Shown here in pieces: positions 56,701-64,000 of a stretch of DNA of 64,000 nt. This stretch comes from the human T2T-CHM13v2.0 reference genome, Homo sapiens, in the NCBI RefSeq assembly GCF_009914755.1, contig NC_060942.1; one strand, 5' to 3'. Under the pieces are notes generated by a model. That model had not been told where the DNA came from and searched no databases. It was given only the letters and a program-made list of their open reading frames with translations. A program made the translations under genes and the position numbers. Position 1 is the first letter of the stretch, and each line of letters opens with the position of its first letter.

Positions 56701-59654
56701 GTGAACATAAATGTAAACAGGAATCAAGTCTACATAAAAGAGACTGATGCTAATGTAAATATTTACTCCAATATTAAATGTTTCAAAGGAAAGCGTCTGC
56801 ATACATAATTGGACTACAACCTCACTGACTTAGTAGGAAACGTGCTAATCACTTACAAAATTTTGTGCTCTAAGAAAACCATCTGCTTGTCTAAAGCCAG
56901 TTCAAAGATGAATGACAACTTCTATACCTCCAATTTATAAAACCTGGACCTACATAACTATTTATTAGCCTGTTTTATAACAGGAGAAATATTAGTTACC
57001 ATTTGGATGCTCAAGCACAGGTTTAAATTATGAGCTCCAAGGTGGCAATTGGTAGTTTAACACAAGACACTGACATTTCAATATAAGCTTTAAACAAGAG
57101 AAACCCTTTAAGCAGCCTCCAGACTGTGTGTCCCATGTTTATACTCCTTTTCCTTCAATAAAAACAAAAATCTAGAGTGGCTACAAGCAAATGTTCAGTG
57201 GCTGACTTACATGCTGCTGTTATCCCAGGAATCACTGGGGGCCCCCTTATATCGTCTGATCAACGCTACAGCCATTACTGAGGGCCAATTTGTAACAGTT
57301 TATAAGTAGAACTCCTTCTCCCTTTTACCCTCAAGACTGGCCAGAAGGGTCCTCCAGCCTCTTCCACTGCATAAATCTATAGGCTAAAGTCCACAGATAG
57401 AAACCCCTCCTGCTATATCACCATGTGGCCGGGGCCATACTTAAAAGCTCTGATCTGAGTGGGAGTAAACTCTGCCCTCAGAATCCAAACAGAGGAATCA
57501 AATGCCCTACAGTTGTAACTTATCCAGTTCGAATGTGTGTTACCACTGTATCCTCATATATATTTTTAAATCTAAGAAAACTATGCCCTAACCCAATTCC
57601 CAACCTCCCACCCTTTACTTTGCTTCTCCTCTTCCTTGAGTTAATTTCCAAGCACACATTTATAAGCTAGGGGTCCGAGGAGTAACAAAGAAAAGCCATA
57701 CATGACAAAACTCACCCCTCGGCTACATTGGCTCGCCCTAGAAACCAGGAGTAGAAAAATAGGCAGACTGCAGTATAATTTGCCATGCACACAGCCATCA
57801 CATTCTTTCCAGGGCCATAGCACTCAGCCACGATAATTTGTTGTATTATATACAGCACATGTTTCATGACTGTAACATAAACACACTGTGGTGCTAATTT
57901 GGCAATGGAGAATATGACTTAGGCTTCAAAGTCTGCCGGTAGATTAGTCATTAAGCCCCCAAAGTAAGGCAGAATTTGAGAGAATTGCATATTGTGGGAA
58001 CGTTTTTTCTCATACCAGTTAAAAAGTTCTGCCCTTATTTTTTTTGAACGAGTTGCCATGAAAATGAATGCAGCCTGAAGACCGACGCTAGCACCTTCTA
58101 GGAGTTTTGTCACTGGCAATATGGGAGTGTCTGGCACTGTCAGTATTTCTACGCCACATGAGAGAGGAACAGAAGACACAGGCATGAGACTCTTACAATA
58201 AGAGGAAAAGGACACTGGGACATGAGGAAATGAGCTCCAGGTTCCTGGACCCTGACTGTGTGCACAAAGTGCCTAACCCTTAGGTATCTCAAGAGCCGCA
58301 GGATACACATCCTGTGTGCCTCAGTCAGAATCTCACTTCCAGGAGATCTACAGGTGCAAGCTTACCTTAACTTAGTTACTGGCTGTTTTTAGCCAATGGT
58401 CTAAAGGCTACAATGCTTTTGGACTTTATAAGCAAAGCCACTGATATTGCCACTGTTATTTCCTGCCTTGAACTTCTCATTATCAGCAGGGCTGGAGCAG
58501 GAAATGATTCAACTGGGGTAGGCTGCATGGTACCCAGCAGATTTTAAAGAGCCCGGGGGCTGCCTAGAGCCCCATAAACATCAGCAGCTTGGAAACTAGC
58601 AGGAGGTCCAGGTGGGTAGGGAGAGGAGAGGCAGGCAGTGGGATTTTAGATGCTCTGAGATGCAATATCGTCCAATTCCTTGGCTATTATTATAGGTTGT
58701 GTGAAGTACTTATTAGAATATTCTCATGTAGGAGAAAACATTGGAATGTTGTTCAAACAATAAACAGTAAAACAAACAGCCCACCAAAAAGGTGGCTTTC
58801 CTTCAACTGAGGGGACTCAGCAGTGGTATTTTGGCACAAGTAGGGAATGGGGATAAGCACACAGACTACAATGTTTTTCAAACCTGGCCAGTACATTAGC
58901 TCCTCTAGTTCCTTCTTTTCTTCTTCACATTCTGAATCTAAACATGGACCCCATGGTTGAAGTCTCAGAGAAAACATGGTGCCTACAAATAGCTTTAAAG
59001 GTAAAACTTTGCCCTCATTTTTTTTTTATTAAAAAAAAACTGCAAACACCAGTTTTGGAAGGGCACTGATAAAATCACTTTGATTCTTCCTCTCCCCATC
59101 CCAAGAAAAAAATTGTTAGCCAAGAAAAGAAGAAAGTAGTGGATATTTCTTAGCAAATATTCTGGAAAAGGCAAGGGCAGGGATAAGGACGGGAGTGAGG
59201 ACTGAGACCAACTAAGTCTGATGTATGTCCTCCAGGTTTGATTAGATATTGGAGTTGCTTTTAAACAACTTGGATGTTGTTAACACAGTGCCACTGTGTT
59301 GCACTGAAAAGGATCCAGTTTACTTGAACAGTCAATTCTCCCCCTCATTTATACCCACTTGAATACAGGAGAGTACATTTTTTCTTTCAAAAAATTTTTG
59401 TCACCTAATCTTTAGTGCTGTTCTGTTCTCTGACTTGAAAGAAAGTTTGTGAGCACGCAAATACAAGTATAAAACATTTGTTTCCATTTCACATAACAGA
59501 CTAGATGAATGGAATGATTGAAGACAGCAGTGTTTCCAATTCAGCAACGCATTTCAGTTTTTGCCTTGCCTACAAAGAGTGGTGTGTGGCAGCTCTGACC
59601 ATCTCAATGCCATAAGAGTGTTGAGAACTCAGTTTGGGGTTATTCACCTATTCT

Positions 59655-59775
59655 TGCTACAGTGCAAGTTCCAGGAGGGCAAGGGTATTTGTCTGTTTTG
59701 CTCATTGATGTACACGAAGTACCTAGAACAGTACATGGCTCATAGCTGGAACTCAATAAATATTTATTGAATTCA
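59655..59775 (+). mobile_element. L2 3' end
   Basis: gcaagttccaggagggcaagg...tacctagaacagtacatggctcatag...ctcaataaatatttattgaat. Confidence 0.8.
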
Positions 59776-61752
59776 TGGGAAATAACTACTTAGCAAACCC
59801 TATATTTAATTTCATCAGAATAAAATGCCAAGACTGATGGTAAAACAATATCTATTGTTTGTCAGTTGGGTTTCAAAATTTTGCTCCGTTCCCTTGTGCA
59901 TTAAACCCTGTGCATATAACATAGCGGACTGGCAAAATCCACCTTACAGTGCTTGGCTTCTTTATTTCCCAAAATAAGATGAAAATACTCTGGCAAATAA
60001 AGCATTAACAAAGTAGCTGTCTAATTTGCCAACTTATCCCTGGCAAGAAACTGATAAGCCAAAACTTATCCCTTATTTCCAGAAGAAAAATATTATTATG
60101 TATCTTATATCTGAAATACCAAAAAGTGCCATATCAAAGAAGGGATAATTACCTTTTATTTGTCCCAAGTCATAGAGAAGTCTGTATACCGTACATCCAT
60201 GACCAATAAACAATTTTTATTAATTGTCTGTATTCTCATGTTACAAAGCTCCATTCTTTTAATTAATTGGCTAAACCAGATGTATATGCATTTATTATAC
60301 TCTTTGTTTAAAATTTCTCTTGTTTGATATCAAATACCTTCTATTAATGCCCTTACATCTGGGACTTCCGGCAGTAGTGGAAGTACAGGTATATTTACCT
60401 TTGAGTACTGTACAAAACCCCCACAAATTGGTAAGATCGAAAGAGGATAGTTCATGCAGCATAAACTAAATGTAACCTGCTTTAAAGTTAAATCTATTGG
60501 GAAAACATCTTTGAGAACTGAGACAGTGCAAGAGTCAATATTAATTCCACACAGCGGGGGGCCCGCAACACAAGCCATGTGCTGGACACGGCACTCATCA
60601 GGCATGTTTTCCTGTTGCTGTGCTGAGTTTATGGCAAGGGTCAGGGCCTTTTCTTTTTTTCTTTCTTTCTTTTTTTTTTTTTTTAATCTTCTTCTTCTTG
60701 GCATAAAGCCACTAGTTATCTGAAGGAGAAAGTCTCCAAACACTGAAAAGCTGTTTATCCTTGCTAGAAAGCACGGCTTGCTACTGCTGATGATTTTTTA
60801 AACAACAAAAGCAAATCAAACAAACACAAGAAATTGAGTGAGGTTCAACAGCTTCTGCAAATGTTATGGTCCTTGACAACCATGGGTTTTAAGTGCTCAC
60901 AGGTTTAGATGAGAAACTAAGTCAAGCATTTTCAAAGCTAATTTTCTTTCTAAGAAACTATATTATTGATTACTTATTGCAAAGATGACATCTTCTCTCC
61001 TTCTGATTCTGTTTATTAATAGAATCACAGTTCACCACAAAAGCACACGTCATATCTGCAATGGCACATGGGGGTGTTAAGGGGGCCAAAATCTCTCTAA
61101 TTTCCAAGGGGCTCAATCCTGCTCCTTTCACTTTGTGGCAATGGTAAGAAAACCATTAAGCAGCAATGCAAAAATCACAATACTGCATGCTATTTGCAAA
61201 TGAGTCACATTTTTATTGTTCTATTGGTGTGACCTTAGAAACTTGGCCTTGAAGAATTAAAAAAAAAAAAGGTAATGGCACAATAAACGCAATAAGATTT
61301 CTAAAAACAGTTTATTGGAAATGTGCTGTGAAACTTGAATTCTTCTAATCAAACGATGCCACCCCTTAGAGAAATTTGCCTGTGCATTATTAAAGTGATA
61401 TACTGCAGTACTAGTTAGAGCTCCATAACCTTTAAATTGCCTGATTGTAATTAAGGCCACTAGTTTTATTTAGGAAGGTTCAAGGAGGCTCAATTTAAGT
61501 TGGCTTAACTAGTGTGAATTTAATGTCATGCTGCCAGAAGGCAGAGGAGCATTCTGGCCTGGCTGTTCTGTGGCACATGCAGCTGTGGGGTCATGTATTC
61601 TAAATTAAACCCAGATTTTAAAGAAACTACAGATATCAGTAAATAGCTGGATGTGTGTAAATAAACGCCCCCATGTTTGCATGTGTACATCATTCATTCT
61701 TTCATTCAGTCATTCAGTATGCTGGCAGTTTTCCAATTTAGGAATCTAAATA

Positions 61753-61953
61753 CAGTTGGCCCTAGAACAACATGGTTAGAACTGTGTGGGTCCACTTACC
61801 TGCAGATTTTTTTCAACCAAATGTGGACTGAAAATATAGTACTCACGGGATGTGAAACCTGCATATAGGGGTTCCACATATACTGAGGGACTTGTGCATG
61901 CATGGAAGTGGGTATCCTAGAATCAATCCCCTGCATATCCCAACGGACAGCTG
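61753..61953 (+). mobile_element. MER8-like Tigger MITE
   Basis: TA-flanked cagttggccctagaacaacatgg...gggtccactta...ttttcaaccaaa...aatcccctgcatatcccaacggacagctg. Confidence 0.8.
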
Positions 61954-63098
61954 TACAGCTGATCATTTACAGAATGAGGAGAAGGGGTTTGTAGATGTTT
62001 TTAAGGGCATGATGACCCCTTTCACAGAAAGGCATGGCTTAAGGCAATCTCCAGTCAGCATTAATGATTTAAAATGAAATGTGCATGTAACAAAGTTGTA
62101 AAGGCAGGAATCTTACTATAAATAAATTCTAGGAAGGAAAATTTATAGTCAGGAATATGAGGAGAAAAGAAAAGGTATTCTTTGGACAGGCCACTGAATG
62201 GAGTGCTGAGAACAATATGTAAACTTCACTGAAAGGGCAGCAAATCAAGGACTGAAACAAAAGATGAAAGAAAATGTAGGTACTCAAAGCACAGACTAGC
62301 AGAAGCAAAGGGAAGCAGTAGGGAGAAAACACTTACAGATTTGACCCATGTTCAAAATTTTACTGGATGTGAACTCAACAACATTCATCTCTGGATAGAA
62401 TGCTGGTAATTTTCTGTAGCTCCAACAGCAATAATGATAAATGAATTTCTTTACAGCCAAGTGGCTCAAGCAGCCAACTACGTTACCACTATATAATTAA
62501 TAACAATAAGCAATTAAAGAGAACAGCAGGTTACAACTATAAGGTGTCAAAATATATCAGCAAAGGAAAATACAGCAATGATACACTTAAAAGAAAAATA
62601 AATGTACAGCACATGAATCCATGTAGTGTCTTCTTCCAGACTATATTTTGGATAAAGCTTTTATGTTTGAAGAAAAATAGACGATGGCCTAAAACTACTA
62701 TAAAGCAATTAATATCCCTCCAAAAACAAATAACACTCCTAATGCTCAGAGAAATCTGAAATGTGATATGGGACACACGACTGGGAAGGCACACAAGAAT
62801 TGGCTGGCTACTATTTGGCATTTTTTTTAAATTAAAAGATAATTTTTTAAATTAAAAGACATTCTAATAAATACCTCACAAAACTGTATTTTTTGGCTTA
62901 AGTATTTTCAAAGATTTTCATGTAAAATTGAGGAGAAGCAAGCAACGAGGAGAGTGGAGGAAAAAAGAAAGGGAAAGAGTCAACATGGTACATTTGGCTG
63001 AACACTGGAGCACTGGATAAAATTTAGAAGGAGCTTGGAGATGCTCTAACTAAGGACTTTTTTAAAAGATGAGAAAATTGAGACTATATATATATATA

Positions 63099-63257
63099 GT
63101 TTTTATTTTTATTTTTTAGAGTAAAGGGGTCTTTGCTCTGTTGCCCAGGCTAGAGTACAGTATATGTGCTCATAGCTCCCTGCAGCCTCAAGCTCCTCGG
63201 CTCAGGCAATCCTTCTTGAATAGCCAGGACTACAGGTGTGTGCTGCCATGCATGGCC
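63099..63257 (-). mobile_element. Alu monomer (FRAM/FAM-like)
   Basis: Single antisense monomer; 10-bp TSD tgagactata at 63079-63088 and 63258-63267. Confidence 0.8.
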
Positions 63258-63685
63258 TGAGACTATAGATATTAACCAACACACCCATGACAGAAAAGCC
63301 TTATGGTCATGGCCAGCACCAGAATTCAGGCTTCCCGAATCCAAGATTATACTGTCCCACCAACCTTCACTTAAAAAAGAAGTTATTTCCTCCCTTAGTA
63401 CAATGTAAGTTGTCAAGGAAACAAAACAGCAGTTACTGTTTTCTAGATCTCTTATTGATGTGCAAGGAGCTATTTCTATTTCCATGCCAACCTGGTGACG
63501 CCTTTGCTCCCTGACAAATCAAGGCCTGAATTTATTCAAATCCACCTCATCCCCCTATGTCTTAAGCAGCTACTGTTAAAGTCTCTCTCACCCCTTGAAA
63601 GCTTTTCTTCTCCTTTTAGGGAAGGGAAGCCTAAGTTGATGTGATGCACCTGTTGGAAGGCTGGAAAATTTGGTTATAGGAAGTT

Positions 63686-63733
63686 AAATTTCCCATATCT
63701 AGAGATAGAGATATCTCTAGATATGGGGAATTT
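63686..63733. repeat. 22-bp inverted repeat with 4-nt loop
   Basis: aaatttcccatatctagagata-gaga-tatctctagatatggggaattt, 1 mismatch. Confidence 0.9.
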
Positions 63734-64000
63734 TATCTCCCTAGATGGTGCTCCTAGAGGGGCTAGGTAAAGCACTTGGGTCTGAGCTGTCAGTCTGAAG
63801 GAAATCTTCCCGATTATACAACCTGTGATGGAGTGGCTGAACGCTGATGCTCTGTATGACAATAACCCAATGATTTGCTTAAACTGTTACCCAAAACCCT
63901 GTGGAGGCTGGGCTTGAGTGCTCCTTTATGGAGTTATAATTACTCAAAAACAAACACTGATTTCTTAATTCTATTCTGCCTATAGCTAACTGTACTTCTT

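Overview
Primate (almost certainly human) genomic DNA containing the 3' end of ZNF521 (EHZF/Evi3; chr18q11.2 from recall) on the minus strand. Three coding exons (52527-52658, 50042-50157, 23295-23324) splice with canonical GT-AG sites into the last three C2H2 fingers and the stop codon (...NHTMTQHSS*). A ~0.8-kb 3' UTR follows, ending at an AATAAA (22524-22529). Positions ~1-22500 are repeat-rich downstream intergenic DNA (Alu, MIR, L2, MLT1, MER74, hAT and Tigger MITEs). Most of 23325-64000 is intronic, with a long transposon-poor, enhancer-like block. Apart from the ZNF521 exon ORFs and one hAT remnant, the supplied ORFs look like noise or Alu-derived frames. The most notable extras are: (1) a decayed but clearly readable ZBED4-like hAT transposase fossil at ~17.0-17.65 kb; (2) a perfect 77-bp inverted duplication in the last intron; (3) a nested 44-bp AT-rich palindrome at 6423-6524; (4) zinc finger 30 split by a 26.7-kb intron whose acceptor has a U33 tract; (5) a dense ATCAAT/PBX-HOX/octamer cluster. 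I found no evidence of a new multi-gene system. Repeat subfamily names come from recalled consensus sequences and their boundaries are approximate.
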